Shown here: positions 49,302 to 59,857 of the stretch, in pieces
Layout: each line of letters opens with the position of its first letter
Position numbering within the stretch: the first letter of the stretch is position 1
Source of the DNA: Alteromonadaceae bacterium
GTDB taxonomy: Bacteria > Pseudomonadota > Gammaproteobacteria > Enterobacterales > Alteromonadaceae
Assembly: GCA_015487235.1 (NCBI GenBank)
Contig: WFQC01000152.1
Coordinates: 47,751 to 111,750, forward strand
DNA: 64,000 bases
Reading direction: 5' to 3'
Notes under the pieces: generated by a model
Told to the model about the DNA's origin: nothing
What the model saw: the letters and a program-made list of their open reading frames with translations, nothing else
The model's database searches: none
Translations under genes and position numbers: made by a program

Positions 49302-49553
49302 TTAACGAATTGATATACCTGGTGATGTGTTAATATCACCATCGCTAGCCACTGTAGCGATTTCATCATCTCGCACTAAAACAGCTAAACTACCAGTACC
49401 GCCACTGCGGATAAAAGCCAGATCATATCCGTATTGATTCAAGCTACTTGCAGCAAACTTTTGTGCCAAAGACAATTTATCCCATAATGCTGATTGATCT
49501 GGGTTATACTGTCTTCTTTCTAACAGAACTTCTCGTTTTGATGCAGCTAACAT
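49302..49553 (-). CDS. Hypothetical small protein
   Basis: 83-aa ORF of non-repetitive composition, convergent with the 172-aa gene (10-nt gap). No family recognised. Confidence 0.5.
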   Translation of the reverse strand: MLAASKREVLLERRQYNPDQSALWDKLSLAQKFAASSLNQYGYDLAFIRSGGTGSLAVLVRDDEIATVASDGDINTSPGISIR

Positions 49554-49799
49554 AGCCTTTCTCTATTAATAAAAAATATTATGATTAAGCAGCTAAAACT
49601 AAATAATAATCTACAAATTGTTACTATCTAGTCACGCTCTCTTCGAAAATATCCTAACTAGTTCAATATTTCAACAAAAAGATCATTTTAGATCTTGTTA
49701 AATTGTTAAAAACTGTCAATTGCTTTGTTTTTTCACACTATTACGTATAATTACACTCTACGATCACGCCTCATTCATTGGAATATAAAGGTAAATAAC

Positions 49800-50657
49800 A
49801 TGAGTCAAGTTTTAGATGAATTACTCGCCTTATTAAAGCTAGAAGTAATTGAGCAAGGTATTTATCGAGGCCAAAGCCAAGATCTAGGTTTTAAAGCCTT
49901 ATTTGGCGGACAAGTAATGGGGCAAGCACTTTCAGCAGCCAAAGAAACCGTAACCGAAGGACGCTTTGTTCATTCGCTACATTCATACTTTTTACGTGCC
50001 GGTGATGCACAAAAACCTGTTGTCTATGAAGTAGAAAAAATTCGCGATGGTAAAAGCTTTAGCACTCGCCGCGTACAGGCAATACAAAATGGTCAAGCAA
50101 TTTTCTATATGACCGCTTCTTTTCAGATACAAGAGCAAGGTTTTGATCATCAAGATCAAATGCCCAATGTGCCAGCACCAGAAGATATTCCAAGCTACAG
50201 TGATTTTATTAAACAAAATCAACACTTTTTACCTGAAAATATGCGTAATAAGTTTTTAGCCGAACGTCCGATAGAAATTCGCCCCATCGAGCAATATAAC
50301 TGGGTAGATCCTAAACCAGCTCCCGCAGTCTGTAATATGTGGATAAAAGCCAATGGCAATATGCCAGACGATTTAAGAATTCACATGTATATGCTTGCAT
50401 ACACCTCAGATTTTCACTTTTTACCAACTGCTTTATATCCTCATGGTGTAAGTCATTGGCACCCTAATTTTCAAATTGCCACAATAGATCATGCCATGTG
50501 GTTTCATCGCCCTTTTCGCTTTGACGACTGGCTACTTTATTCAATGCAAAGCCCTAGTGCTTCAAATGGGCGAGGTTTAGTAAGAGGCCAGATATTTGAT
50601 CGTCAAGGACGCTTAGTTGCTTCAACAATACAAGAAGGTGTGATCAGACAACGTTAA
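49800..50657 (+). CDS. tesB: Acyl-CoA thioesterase II
   Basis: Homology to E. coli TesB starts at MSQVLDELLALLKLE (ATG at 49800, 285 aa). The track extension to 49725 has no counterpart. Confidence 0.92.
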   Translation: MSQVLDELLALLKLEVIEQGIYRGQSQDLGFKALFGGQVMGQALSAAKETVTEGRFVHSLHSYFLRAGDAQKPVVYEVEKIRDGKSFSTRRVQAIQNGQAIFYMTASFQIQEQGFDHQDQMPNVPAPEDIPSYSDFIKQNQHFLPENMRNKFLAERPIEIRPIEQYNWVDPKPAPAVCNMWIKANGNMPDDLRIHMYMLAYTSDFHFLPTALYPHGVSHWHPNFQIATIDHAMWFHRPFRFDDWLLYSMQSPSASNGRGLVRGQIFDRQGRLVASTIQEGVIRQR

Positions 50658-51435
50658 ATGACAATATTGTTCGGTAACCCTGAAGTAAATACTGCCAATC
50701 AGCATCTTGCCAATAAAAAGAGTTAAGTTTAGTTTTTTCTTTACGAAAAGAACGTAATAAACGCGCCATATTTTGCTGTAACCATGAAACGTTTAACGCT
50801 CGTTGCTCGCCACGATCAAAATCAATGAGCCATACTTTTTCTTGGTTATCTAGCAAAATGTTATGCGCATTTAAGTCATGATGATAAATACCTTGTTGAT
50901 GAAATTTCGCAATAGTTACACCGATCTTACGCCATATATCAGCAGATAAGGGTTGTTGAGTTAATAAAGCAACTAGATCATGCGCATTTTCAATGCGCTG
51001 GCTTAATAAATCAGCACGATAAAAAATGCCAGAACGCATAATACGACACGCAATAGGAGCTGGTGCAGGTAAGGCTAAACGCTGCATTAACTGCAACAAA
51101 GTAAATTCTTGTATCGCTCGTGTTTTTTCCAGACCCAAAAATAAATAACTGTCTTTAATTAATCGACCAACTAAACCACCTCGGTAATAATGTCTTAAAA
51201 CCCACTGTTGGCTTTTATGGGCAATAAACCAAGTGGTGCCGCGTCCTTGTGCACTGCCAACAATAGCATCATGCTGTTGCCAATAGTCACCATCCAGCAT
51301 TTTAGGGCTAAAATGAGCAATGGCATTAGCATCATACAAACAATAAAGTTTACCTTGTTGATAAACTTTTAGCTGACAGGGTTTTACAATTGCAGACAGG
51401 TTCAAGATAATACGCCTAGATAATTTACTTTCCAA
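50644..51435 (-). CDS. kdkA: 3-deoxy-D-manno-octulosonic acid (Kdo) kinase
   Basis: 263 aa with a kinase-like catalytic loop (YHHDLNAHNILL) and IDFDRG. It sits in the LPS-core gene neighbourhood. The N-terminal boundary is uncertain. Confidence 0.8.
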   Translation of the reverse strand: MESKLSRRIILNLSAIVKPCQLKVYQQGKLYCLYDANAIAHFSPKMLDGDYWQQHDAIVGSAQGRGTTWFIAHKSQQWVLRHYYRGGLVGRLIKDSYLFLGLEKTRAIQEFTLLQLMQRLALPAPAPIACRIMRSGIFYRADLLSQRIENAHDLVALLTQQPLSADIWRKIGVTIAKFHQQGIYHHDLNAHNILLDNQEKVWLIDFDRGEQRALNVSWLQQNMARLLRSFRKEKTKLNSFYWQDADWQYLLQGYRTILSFNVV

Positions 51436-51458
51436 ACCACTATTTTGGTGATTTCTCT

Positions 51459-52529
51459 ATGACGAGTCAAATAACTAAGCCCAAAAGCTTATGTATATTA
51501 CGTTTATCTGCCATCGGTGATGTTTGCCATGCGGTTGCTATGGTACAACAAATACAACGGCAATATCCCGATTTACCTATTACATGGATTATCGGTAAAG
51601 TGGAAGCCAGTTTATTGGCTGATTTACCCGGTGTCGATTTTGTAATTTTTGACAAACGCGCCGGTTGGAAAGGTTATCAAGCGTTAAAAGAGCAATTAAA
51701 AGGGCGAAAATTTGATATTTTATTACACATGCAAGTTGCTTTACGCGCTAGTATTGCCAGTTTATTTATACCAGCAAAAATAAAAATTGGCTTTGATAAG
51801 CAACGTGCAAAAGAAGGTCAATGGTTATTTACCAACCACAAAATTAGTGCTCAAACTAAACCACACGTACTCGATGGCTTTCTCGCTTTTGCCCAAGAAA
51901 TCGGTGTAAAAATCACACCTCCCACTTGGTTTATGCCAATGACAGAACAAGATCGACTCTGGGCAAGTAAGCAATTACTTACTAAAAAGCCTGTTGCGGT
52001 TATATCACCAGCGGCAAGCAAAGCAGAAAGAAACTGGCATATTCAAGGCTATGCAGAAATCGCAGATTATTTAGCCGAGCAAGGTTTTTACGTGGTACTT
52101 TGTGGTGGCCCAACAGCAATAGAGCAACAGCTTGCTAATAACATTATTGCACAAGCGCAAAGTGAAATTAAAAATTTAGTTGGTAAAACGACACTAAAAC
52201 AACTGCTATGTGTATTAGATATCGCTCATCTTGTTATCGCACCAGATACAGGCCCTGCACACATGGCCGTCACGGTTGGAACACCTGTTGTTGGCTTATA
52301 TGCGCACAGTAATCCATTACGCACAGGTCCGTATTTATACCAAAAATATGTTGTCAATTATTATCAACAAGCTATTGAAACACAACATAAAAAATCGTTA
52401 TCAGAATTACCTTGGGGAGTACGCGCTAAAGGTAGCGATTTAATGGCAAATATAACTATAGCGCAAGTAAAAGAAAAAATAGCACTACTGATTGCAGATC
52501 ATTATCCTTCATTGAAAAACAAACAGTGA
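51459..52529 (+). CDS. Glycosyltransferase family 9 (LPS heptosyltransferase-like)
   Basis: 356 aa. LCILRLSAIGDVCHAVAMV and APDTGPAHMA are typical GT9 motifs. Confidence 0.85.
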   Translation: MTSQITKPKSLCILRLSAIGDVCHAVAMVQQIQRQYPDLPITWIIGKVEASLLADLPGVDFVIFDKRAGWKGYQALKEQLKGRKFDILLHMQVALRASIASLFIPAKIKIGFDKQRAKEGQWLFTNHKISAQTKPHVLDGFLAFAQEIGVKITPPTWFMPMTEQDRLWASKQLLTKKPVAVISPAASKAERNWHIQGYAEIADYLAEQGFYVVLCGGPTAIEQQLANNIIAQAQSEIKNLVGKTTLKQLLCVLDIAHLVIAPDTGPAHMAVTVGTPVVGLYAHSNPLRTGPYLYQKYVVNYYQQAIETQHKKSLSELPWGVRAKGSDLMANITIAQVKEKIALLIADHYPSLKNKQ

Positions 52530-52634
52530 AACAACTGTAGGCTAAATTTTGGTAAGAACAACGTGCTGGGGCAATCAATATACGCCGTAATGTGCTCGGC
52601 GATAAAAAATATCACAATGAGATATTAACAATCT

Positions 52635-53924
52635 TTAATTGATTAGCTCAATAAGCTTAGAGAGTGAACGCTTACTTGCACCTTGATTAGCGATAACTAC
52701 TTGATATGCTTGTTCACCTAATAATTGTGCTACGTTATAATTATCAAATAACAGCTTCACTATTTCAGCTAAATCTTCACTAACGTTTTGGTTATCAGTT
52801 AGCTGTTTCACTGCATTTTTTTGCTTTAATTGCACCATAACTTCATTAAAATTTGCCATATCAGCACCGAGCACAATAGGCTTTTTAAACAGTGCAGCTT
52901 CCAAGGGATTATGACCACCAATATGGCTAAAAGTACCCGCAATAGTGACAATGTCAGCAAGACTATATGCCGCCACTAATTCTCCCAATGTATCGAGTAA
53001 CCATACATCTTGTTGCTTGGTCACTAATTGCTCTTGGCTACGCCGAGCAATGTTAAACCCTTGGGCACCACAAAGTGCAGCTACTTCATCAAAACGTTCA
53101 GGATGGCGCGGAACCAATAATAATAATAAATCTGGTAACTGTTGTTTTAGATTTTTAAATGCTGTCAATACCAACTCATCATCACCTTCATGGGTACTAG
53201 CAACAAGCCATATTCGACGCGGGAAACGAACAAACTGTGCTAATAATGATGATTTTTCAACGATATCATCACTCAGGCTAATATCATATTTTAAGTTACC
53301 TGATACGCTACATTTTTGTGCCAGAGCACCTAAACGCATAAAGTTTTTTTGATGTTCATCACTTTGCGTAAAAATATGATCAAAGCCTTGTAGGCAAGGT
53401 TGTATTAATGCTGATACTTTTTGATATTGACGACAAGATTTACTCGAGAGGCGACCATTAATTAATAATAGCGGAATTTTTTTAGCTGTAATTTGCGCCA
53501 CTAAGTTAGGCCAAAGCTCAGTTTCCATAAACACCATCGCTTTGGGCTGCAATTTTCGCAAAAAAAGCCAAGTACTGATAAAATTGTCTAAAGGCAAATA
53601 ACAATGTTGAACACGCTGTTTAAAGAGCTTTTTAACTTGCGCTGAACCCGTTGGTGTAAACGTAGTAATAGTAACAGCGTGTTGTGGATACTGCATTAAT
53701 AGTAGTTCAACAAAATGCTTAATCGCAATCACTTCACCTACACTAGCAGCATGGATCACAACAGTATTTTTGCGTAAGTTGCTTTCTAAAAAGCCCAAGC
53801 GTTCTAATAACCGTTGACGATAAAGCGGGTTTGTTTTTGAACGCCAAATAAAAGCAATTAACACAACGGGCGTTAGTAATAAAAAAACAATTCGATATAA
53901 AAATAACGCAAAAAAAGATTTCAC
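52635..53924 (-). CDS. waaA: Kdo transferase
   Basis: 429 aa with the IHAASVGEV motif and overall WaaA length. Confidence 0.9.
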   Translation of the reverse strand: MKSFFALFLYRIVFLLLTPVVLIAFIWRSKTNPLYRQRLLERLGFLESNLRKNTVVIHAASVGEVIAIKHFVELLLMQYPQHAVTITTFTPTGSAQVKKLFKQRVQHCYLPLDNFISTWLFLRKLQPKAMVFMETELWPNLVAQITAKKIPLLLINGRLSSKSCRQYQKVSALIQPCLQGFDHIFTQSDEHQKNFMRLGALAQKCSVSGNLKYDISLSDDIVEKSSLLAQFVRFPRRIWLVASTHEGDDELVLTAFKNLKQQLPDLLLLLVPRHPERFDEVAALCGAQGFNIARRSQEQLVTKQQDVWLLDTLGELVAAYSLADIVTIAGTFSHIGGHNPLEAALFKKPIVLGADMANFNEVMVQLKQKNAVKQLTDNQNVSEDLAEIVKLLFDNYNVAQLLGEQAYQVVIANQGASKRSLSKLIELIN

Positions 53925-54134
53925 ATCAATACTCTAACGGCTAGGATGCTATTATTATACGCAAACGAAAGTTATTTTGTTATGGTTTTAGTAGGTATTG
54001 ATATTAGCATCTCTTTTTTAAACGGTTTGTTAACTCTTGAGAACACTACACTTGAAAATCAACCTAGCCTGTAAAGCAAAGTGGTATAATTGCAACAGTT
54101 GCATGTAATCGCAAAAAAGAAACAGAGAAAACTT

Positions 54135-54914
54135 ATGTTTAAAACTCATCATTTATGCTTTTTTTTACTTATTTCTGTGGTGATAACCTTCAATAGTTAT
54201 GCCCAAAGTAAATTTTTTAAGACGCCTGTAGATATTAGTAAAATCAGCATTACCACGTTAGATAAATTTCAACTGAATGGGCATTACTACGCTGGTGAAC
54301 AGCACAGTGGTGGTGTATTACTATTACATGGCTGTAATAGCGATCAAAAAGCCTATCAAGATTTAATTACATTATTAAAAAAGAACAACTTACATATTCT
54401 TAGCTATGATTTTAGAGGTTATGGTGAAAGTCAAAGCAAACGTTTTTCAAAAGAACAATTAAGAAAAGCAGCCGACAGTATTTTGGCTTACCAAACAGCT
54501 ATGGCAAGCTTAACCTCATATTGGCAAAGTGATGCACTAACCGCTTTTGAATGGTTACGCAAAAAAGTGGCTAAAAATAAACAAATCGCCATTGTGAGTG
54601 TGGGGTGTGCAAGCCGATATGCAGTTGCGATTGCAGAAGCAATGCATGTAGATAGTTTGATCATGGTAACACCTGTCATGGATCACAGTGATAAAGAACA
54701 TTATAAAAATCTTGCCGACAAACCCACCTATTTTATTAGCACTATGCACCAATTAGAAAGCTATAAAACAGCCAAAGAGTTATTTGAATGGAATGGTTCT
54801 TTACGCTCTAAAATGCAAATATTTAAAGGCAGCTACGTTGATCATGCTTTAATAAAAAAGCAAAAAGGATTAATTTATGACATGGCTCGTTGGCTAACAA
54901 ATAACCTAAACTAA
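54135..54914 (+). CDS. Secreted alpha/beta-hydrolase-fold protein
   Basis: A signal peptide starts at MFKTHHLCFFLLISVVITFNSYA (ATG at 54135). The protein contains LLLHGCNSDQKAY and YDFRGYGES. The nucleophile-elbow position reads VGCAS rather than GxSxG, so the catalytic residue is uncertain. Confidence 0.65.
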   Translation: MFKTHHLCFFLLISVVITFNSYAQSKFFKTPVDISKISITTLDKFQLNGHYYAGEQHSGGVLLLHGCNSDQKAYQDLITLLKKNNLHILSYDFRGYGESQSKRFSKEQLRKAADSILAYQTAMASLTSYWQSDALTAFEWLRKKVAKNKQIAIVSVGCASRYAVAIAEAMHVDSLIMVTPVMDHSDKEHYKNLADKPTYFISTMHQLESYKTAKELFEWNGSLRSKMQIFKGSYVDHALIKKQKGLIYDMARWLTNNLN

Positions 54915-55026
54915 GTAAAGTTTACAGGTAAACGACAGGCATTATCTCCCTTTAGTTTTACCCTCTTTTATATTGAGCTAAAATATGCCTCAATATTTAT
55001 TAATCAACAAACAGAGGCACATGTTT

Positions 55027-56232
55027 ATGCCACAAGCAAATAATCACAGCTTTTATCAACAGTTACAAGCACAAATAAATCAAGTAAAAGAAGACGGCTT
55101 ATATAAAGCAGAGCGTATCATTACCACAGCCCAACAAGCACAAATAGCAGTTAATTCTGGCGAAGAAGTTATTAATTTTTGCGCTAACAATTATTTAGGT
55201 TTAGCCAATCACCCCCGTCTAATTGCCGCCGCTAAAAAAGGCTTAGACGAACACGGTTTTGGTATGGCTTCAGTACGCTTTATTTGTGGCACACAAGACA
55301 TTCACAAAACCTTAGAGCAAAAATTAAGTCAATTTTTAGGTATGGAAGATACTATTTTATATTCGTCATGTTTTGATGCTAATGCCGGCTTATTTGAAAC
55401 GCTATTAACGCATGAAGATGCGATTATCAGTGATGCCTTAAATCATGCATCTATTATAGATGGAGTACGTTTATGTAAAGCCAAGCGCTATCGTTATGCT
55501 AATAATGATATGGCTGATCTTGAAGCACAATTAATTGCTGCTGATAAAGCGGGTGCTCGCTTTAAACTTATTGCTACCGATGGTGTATTTTCAATGGACG
55601 GCGTTATTGCAAATTTAAAAGGCATTTGTGATCTAGCTGATAAATATAACGCTTTAGTAATGGTTGACGATTCTCATGCTGTTGGTTTTGTCGGTGATAA
55701 AGGCCGTGGTAGCCATGAATATTGTGAGGTAATGGGACGAGTCGATATTATTACAGGTACTTTAGGCAAAGCTATGGGTGGCGCTTCAGGTGGCTACACC
55801 GCGGCAAAAAAAGAAGTGGTTGAATGGCTTCGTCAACGTTCGCGCCCTTATTTGTTTTCAAATTCATTAGCGCCTGCCATAGTAAATGCTTCTATTGAAG
55901 TACTCAATTTATTGGCCGACGGTGATGATTTACGTAAAAAGCTTAAAGACAATGCTCACTATTTTCGATCGCAAATGGAAGCAGCCGGCTTTACCTGTGC
56001 AGGTGCTGACCATGCCATTGTGCCGGTTATGTTAGGTGATGCGAAAATTGCCAGTGAAATGGCAGATCGCTTACTTGCTGAAGGCATTTATGTAATTGGT
56101 TTTTCTTTCCCTGTTGTGCCCAAAGGACAAGCTCGTATTCGCACACAAATATCAGCAGCGCATACCCAAGCTCAGCTTGATAAAGCCATCGCCGCCTTTA
56201 CCCGTATTGGTAAAGAAATGGCGGTAATTTAA
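55027..56232 (+). CDS. kbl: 2-amino-3-ketobutyrate CoA ligase
   Basis: Collinear with E. coli Kbl from [13 protein letters not shown], with very high similarity (e.g. [30 protein letters not shown]). The track extension to 54985 is unsupported. Confidence 0.95.
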   Translation: MPQANNHSFYQQLQAQINQVKEDGLYKAERIITTAQQAQIAVNSGEEVINFCANNYLGLANHPRLIAAAKKGLDEHGFGMASVRFICGTQDIHKTLEQKLSQFLGMEDTILYSSCFDANAGLFETLLTHEDAIISDALNHASIIDGVRLCKAKRYRYANNDMADLEAQLIAADKAGARFKLIATDGVFSMDGVIANLKGICDLADKYNALVMVDDSHAVGFVGDKGRGSHEYCEVMGRVDIITGTLGKAMGGASGGYTAAKKEVVEWLRQRSRPYLFSNSLAPAIVNASIEVLNLLADGDDLRKKLKDNAHYFRSQMEAAGFTCAGADHAIVPVMLGDAKIASEMADRLLAEGIYVIGFSFPVVPKGQARIRTQISAAHTQAQLDKAIAAFTRIGKEMAVI

Positions 56233-56257
56233 TAATAATTTAAGGTTAAGAAATACA

Positions 56258-57283
56258 ATGAAATCTCTCGCAAAACTCAAAGCTGAACCCGGCATTTGGA
56301 TGACCGATAGCCCTAAGCCCGTAATAGGACATAACGATCTCTTGATCAAAATTAAGAAAACGGCTATTTGTGGTACTGATATTCATATTTATAACTGGGA
56401 CGAATGGTCGCAAAAAACCATTCCTGTTCCTATGGTAGTTGGTCACGAATACGCGGGTGAAGTAGTAGAGATTGGGCAAGAGGTTAAAGGCTTTAATATT
56501 GGTGACCGTGTTTCAGGTGAAGGTCATATTACCTGTGGCCATTGCCGAAATTGTCGAGCTGGCCGTACACATTTATGCCGAAATACTATTGGTGTTGGCG
56601 TCAACAGAGCAGGCTGTTTTGCTGAATACTTAGTTATTCCAGCGTTTAACGCATTTAAATTGCCCGATGAAATTTCTGATGAATTAGCCGCAGTATTTGA
56701 CCCCTTTGGCAATGCTGTTCATACAGCTCTATCATTTGATTTAGTAGGTGAAGATGTCTTAATTACGGGCGCTGGCCCTATTGGTATCATGGCTGCTGCC
56801 GTAGCTAAGCATGTAGGTGCTCGCCATGTAGTGATCACCGATGTTAATGAATATCGCTTAAATTTAGCACAAAAAATGGGAGCAACCCGCACCGTTAATG
56901 TCAGTAAAGAAAATTTAAATGCGGTAATGAAAGCGCTCGGTATGACCGAAGGGTTTGATATTGGTCTCGAAATGTCTGGCGTACCAGCCGCTTTTACCAG
57001 CATGCTTGACAGCATGAATAACGGCGGAAAAATAGCGATGTTAGGTATTCCGGGTAAAGATATGGCCATCGATTGGAGTCAGGTTATTTTTAAAGGCTTA
57101 ACCATTAAAGGTATCTATGGTCGGGAAATGTTTGAGACTTGGTACAAAATGGCAAGTTTAATTCAATCAGGTCTTGATATTAGCCCGATTATTACTCATC
57201 AATTTAACATTGATGATTTTCAACAAGGTTTTGACATTATGCGTTCAGGACAATCAGGAAAAGTCATTTTAGACTGGACATAG
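56258..57283 (+). CDS. tdh: L-threonine 3-dehydrogenase
   Basis: 341 aa with the zinc-ADH pattern [12 protein letters not shown]. Operon partner of kbl. Confidence 0.95.
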   Translation: MKSLAKLKAEPGIWMTDSPKPVIGHNDLLIKIKKTAICGTDIHIYNWDEWSQKTIPVPMVVGHEYAGEVVEIGQEVKGFNIGDRVSGEGHITCGHCRNCRAGRTHLCRNTIGVGVNRAGCFAEYLVIPAFNAFKLPDEISDELAAVFDPFGNAVHTALSFDLVGEDVLITGAGPIGIMAAAVAKHVGARHVVITDVNEYRLNLAQKMGATRTVNVSKENLNAVMKALGMTEGFDIGLEMSGVPAAFTSMLDSMNNGGKIAMLGIPGKDMAIDWSQVIFKGLTIKGIYGREMFETWYKMASLIQSGLDISPIITHQFNIDDFQQGFDIMRSGQSGKVILDWT

Positions 57284-57306
57284 CAATATTAAAATATGCT
57301 AATATA

Positions 57307-57331
57307 GGGGTAAGTTAATTACCCCTTTTTT
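57307..57331 (+). terminator. Rho-independent terminator after tdh
   Basis: GGGGTAA-GTTAA-TTACCCC followed by TTTTTT. Confidence 0.85.
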
Positions 57332-57351
57332 GATAACTAAGAGAGTCAATA

Positions 57352-57681
57352 ATGTCTAATACCTTTAAACATATGCAAGTAAATGAATTAGCACAACAAT
57401 TAGAGCAAGGTGCTGTCGTAGTTGCCGATATTCGAGATGCGGGTTCATATCAAGCAGGTCATATTAAAGGCGCAGTACATTTAACGAACGAAACGTTAAG
57501 TGATTTTATCCGCAACACCGATATAGATGCGCCTGTAGTCGTGTGCTGTTATCATGGCAACGCTAGCCAACAAGCGGCACAATTTTTGGCAAGCCAAGAC
57601 TTTACCAATGTTTATTCGCTAGATGGTGGTTTTAGTGCATGGCAATTACAACACCCTGATAAAGTTGAACACTTAGCATAA
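57352..57681 (+). CDS. glpE: Thiosulfate sulfurtransferase (rhodanese) GlpE
   Basis: 109 aa with the active-site loop CYHGNAS, collinear with E. coli GlpE. Confidence 0.9.
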   Translation: MSNTFKHMQVNELAQQLEQGAVVVADIRDAGSYQAGHIKGAVHLTNETLSDFIRNTDIDAPVVVCCYHGNASQQAAQFLASQDFTNVYSLDGGFSAWQLQHPDKVEHLA

Positions 57682-57700
57682 ATTAGGCAGCCCTATATAC

Positions 57701-58564
57701 ATGAAGCAAATCACAATGAGCCCTTTGGTGAATGTTAGCCAGCATAACATTGCCTTATTGTTTACAACCTACTTAAAAGCACAACATATTGCTGCTGAGG
57801 TAAGGCCAGCGGCACAGGGTTTTGATATTTATTGCCAAACAGATAAAACAGCACAAGCTAAACAATTATTTAGTGAATTTATTCGCAACCCTTTCGCCGA
57901 AAAATATCAACAAACCGCTTGGCAACAAGGTGAGTTAACCGCAATAAAAACTCAAGAGCCTAATTTGCTGAGTGTTTTTAAACAGCAATTTTTAGCTCAT
58001 GCTGGTTGGTTTACCCTCACTATTTTTGTTGCCTGCTGGTTAATATTTTTATTCTCTTTATTGGGCTATGGCTTAACACTTTTTAAGCAATTGCAGTTTT
58101 TTCCACAATTAAGTGTCAAGGCTTTATTGGCTGAACCTTGGCGTTTAATTGGCCCTGCGCTTTTTCATTTTTCATGGCTACACATTGTTTTTAATACCTT
58201 ATGGTGGTGGCAACTTGGCGGAGAAATTGAAAAAAAGCTTGCCAGTACCACGTTAATACAGGTGTTTTTTATCACCGCTATTATCTCAAATTTAGGCCAG
58301 TATTTAGTTTCGGGGGCTAATTTTGGTGGTTTATCAGGCGTCGTTTATGGTCTGGTTGGCTTTATCTGGTGGCTGGGTTACTTAGCACCTGAAAAAGGGC
58401 TGGCTATGCCCAAACCTTTAATTGCCATGCTATTAATATGGATGCTACTAGGCTTTATTGATGTACTACCGATGAATATGGCCAATACCGCTCATTTACT
58501 CGGCCTAATAAGCGGTTGTTTTTTGGCATGGTTTACCGCAGGACAGTTAAAAGCTAAAAACTAA
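57701..58564 (+). CDS. glpG: Rhomboid protease GlpG
   Basis: 287 aa with the rhomboid motifs GGLSGVVYGL and HIVFN. It follows glpE. Confidence 0.9.
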   Translation: MKQITMSPLVNVSQHNIALLFTTYLKAQHIAAEVRPAAQGFDIYCQTDKTAQAKQLFSEFIRNPFAEKYQQTAWQQGELTAIKTQEPNLLSVFKQQFLAHAGWFTLTIFVACWLIFLFSLLGYGLTLFKQLQFFPQLSVKALLAEPWRLIGPALFHFSWLHIVFNTLWWWQLGGEIEKKLASTTLIQVFFITAIISNLGQYLVSGANFGGLSGVVYGLVGFIWWLGYLAPEKGLAMPKPLIAMLLIWMLLGFIDVLPMNMANTAHLLGLISGCFLAWFTAGQLKAKN

Positions 58565-58628
58565 CCACAAAGGCGTATTGACAAAATTTTTAATCGTAGC
58601 GGTTCTACCACCCCTAATAGAATTGGTA

Positions 58629-59009
58629 TCAATCGTCTAACCACTGGGTAAAGAGTAATTTTTTAATAAGCTCTTGCCCTGTTTCTTGCTTTAATAGGCT
58701 TTTCACTTTTTCTTCACATTGCTTACGAATTTCGTTTCGCCCTTTAATTGATTTAATTTTTGCTTCTGGTTGTTTACCAATAATATCAATAATCGCATCG
58801 CGTAATAACGGTGCATGATGTTCAACCACTTCTAAGTTGTCACCGTCTGCCACCATTAATTCAACACTAAGTCGCACATAGCCCAGCTTTTTTTTGGTTG
58901 CTACATAGTTGGTTACAATTTGAGGTTCAAAACCAAAATACGCATAATCTGCTGCTTGCACAGTAGGAAATAACAACAAACAACACACAAAGGTTACGAC
59001 TTTTTTCAT
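58629..59009 (-). CDS. FliL-like membrane/periplasmic protein (orphan)
   Basis: The likely start is MKKVVTFVCCLLLF (ATG at 59009). The body, FEPQIVTNYVATKKKLGYVRLSVELMVAD...APLLRDAIIDIIG...LFTQW, follows the FliL-family pattern. No flagellar genes are adjacent. Confidence 0.6.
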   Translation of the reverse strand: MKKVVTFVCCLLLFPTVQAADYAYFGFEPQIVTNYVATKKKLGYVRLSVELMVADGDNLEVVEHHAPLLRDAIIDIIGKQPEAKIKSIKGRNEIRKQCEEKVKSLLKQETGQELIKKLLFTQWLDD

Positions 59010-59284
59010 CTTAGTACTCTCTAAAAACAACTGAAGCTAATATATTCACCTGAAGGTGCCCGTTTCAGGTTGAATGAATACCTTATAATAACCCGAATTG
59101 TAAAAATTTTAGTAAATTTTTATAAAATAATGCAAAAAACAAGATAATTATTAACTGCTAATATGAATACAAATTATTAATTTTCAAGCTTGATAAAATT
59201 CAACTTGCCGACATATAAATGATAGCAGCAGTTAACAATAATTCCTGATATTATATAGCGCATTCAAAAATAGCGACTTTATCT

Positions 59285-59857
59285 ATGAGTTCTGTGACAA
59301 CATTATTTCCTATTACACTGCCTGCTACTTGGCAACAATCGGTAAACACTCTTTCGAGCACCTTAGCAGATTGGCTTTATGATCCCACCTCTTTAACCGC
59401 TCGTTTAAAACAGCATTGCCAAGATTTTCGCGTAGAATTAATTGGCCAACATATTGAACCTTGCCACTCAAATGAAGCAAAAGGTAATATTAGTGCAGGC
59501 GAACAAGTATTAGTGCGTGAAGTACTACTTTATTGCGATAACACACCTCAAGTATTTGCTCGCAGTTTACTTCCCCTAACAAGTTTAACCGGAGAGCAAC
59601 AACAGTTGGCACATTTAGGTACACAACCACTTGGGCAAGTATTATTTAATCACCCTAATTTAGCGCGTCAATCATTTGAAGTCGCTGAATTTTTACCCCA
59701 TAGCAGTGTAGGCAAGCTAGCAAAACAATTGAATTTACCAATGACGCATAATTTGTGGGGACGACGTTCTGTGTTTATTTTAGCTGAAAAGCCCATTATG
59801 GTCGCTGAAGTTTTTTTACCTAATGCATTTGCATATCAGCATGGAGTATATGGTTAA
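59285..59857 (+). CDS. ubiC: Chorismate pyruvate-lyase
   Basis: 190 aa. It abuts ubiA as in ubiCA operons and contains the LREVLL-type core ([11 protein letters not shown]). Confidence 0.85.
   Translation: MSSVTTLFPITLPATWQQSVNTLSSTLADWLYDPTSLTARLKQHCQDFRVELIGQHIEPCHSNEAKGNISAGEQVLVREVLLYCDNTPQVFARSLLPLTSLTGEQQQLAHLGTQPLGQVLFNHPNLARQSFEVAEFLPHSSVGKLAKQLNLPMTHNLWGRRSVFILAEKPIMVAEVFLPNAFAYQHGVYG

Noticed and set aside
52527-52628. The frame stays open for 33 codons after the TGA stop of the GT9 gene, raising possible read-through or selenocysteine.
   Set aside because: The protein is already full length for the family, no SECIS-like hairpin follows the TGA, and the extension looks non-proteinaceous.
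41786-57069. Antisense ORFs inside mrcA, the DGC gene, the DUF885 gene, the TPR gene, tesB, the GT9 gene, waaA, the hydrolase gene, kbl and tdh (for example 41786-42160, 43550-43807, 45407-45592, 47878-48075, 52945-53352, 56719-57069).
   Set aside because: All are embedded in well-supported genes on the opposite strand and have no independent signals.
59048-59070. Hairpin containing GTTTCAGG, considered as a second copy of the MITE subterminal repeat.
   Set aside because: Similarity is limited to about 8 nt, and there is no TACCCATG terminus or TA-flanked inverted repeat.
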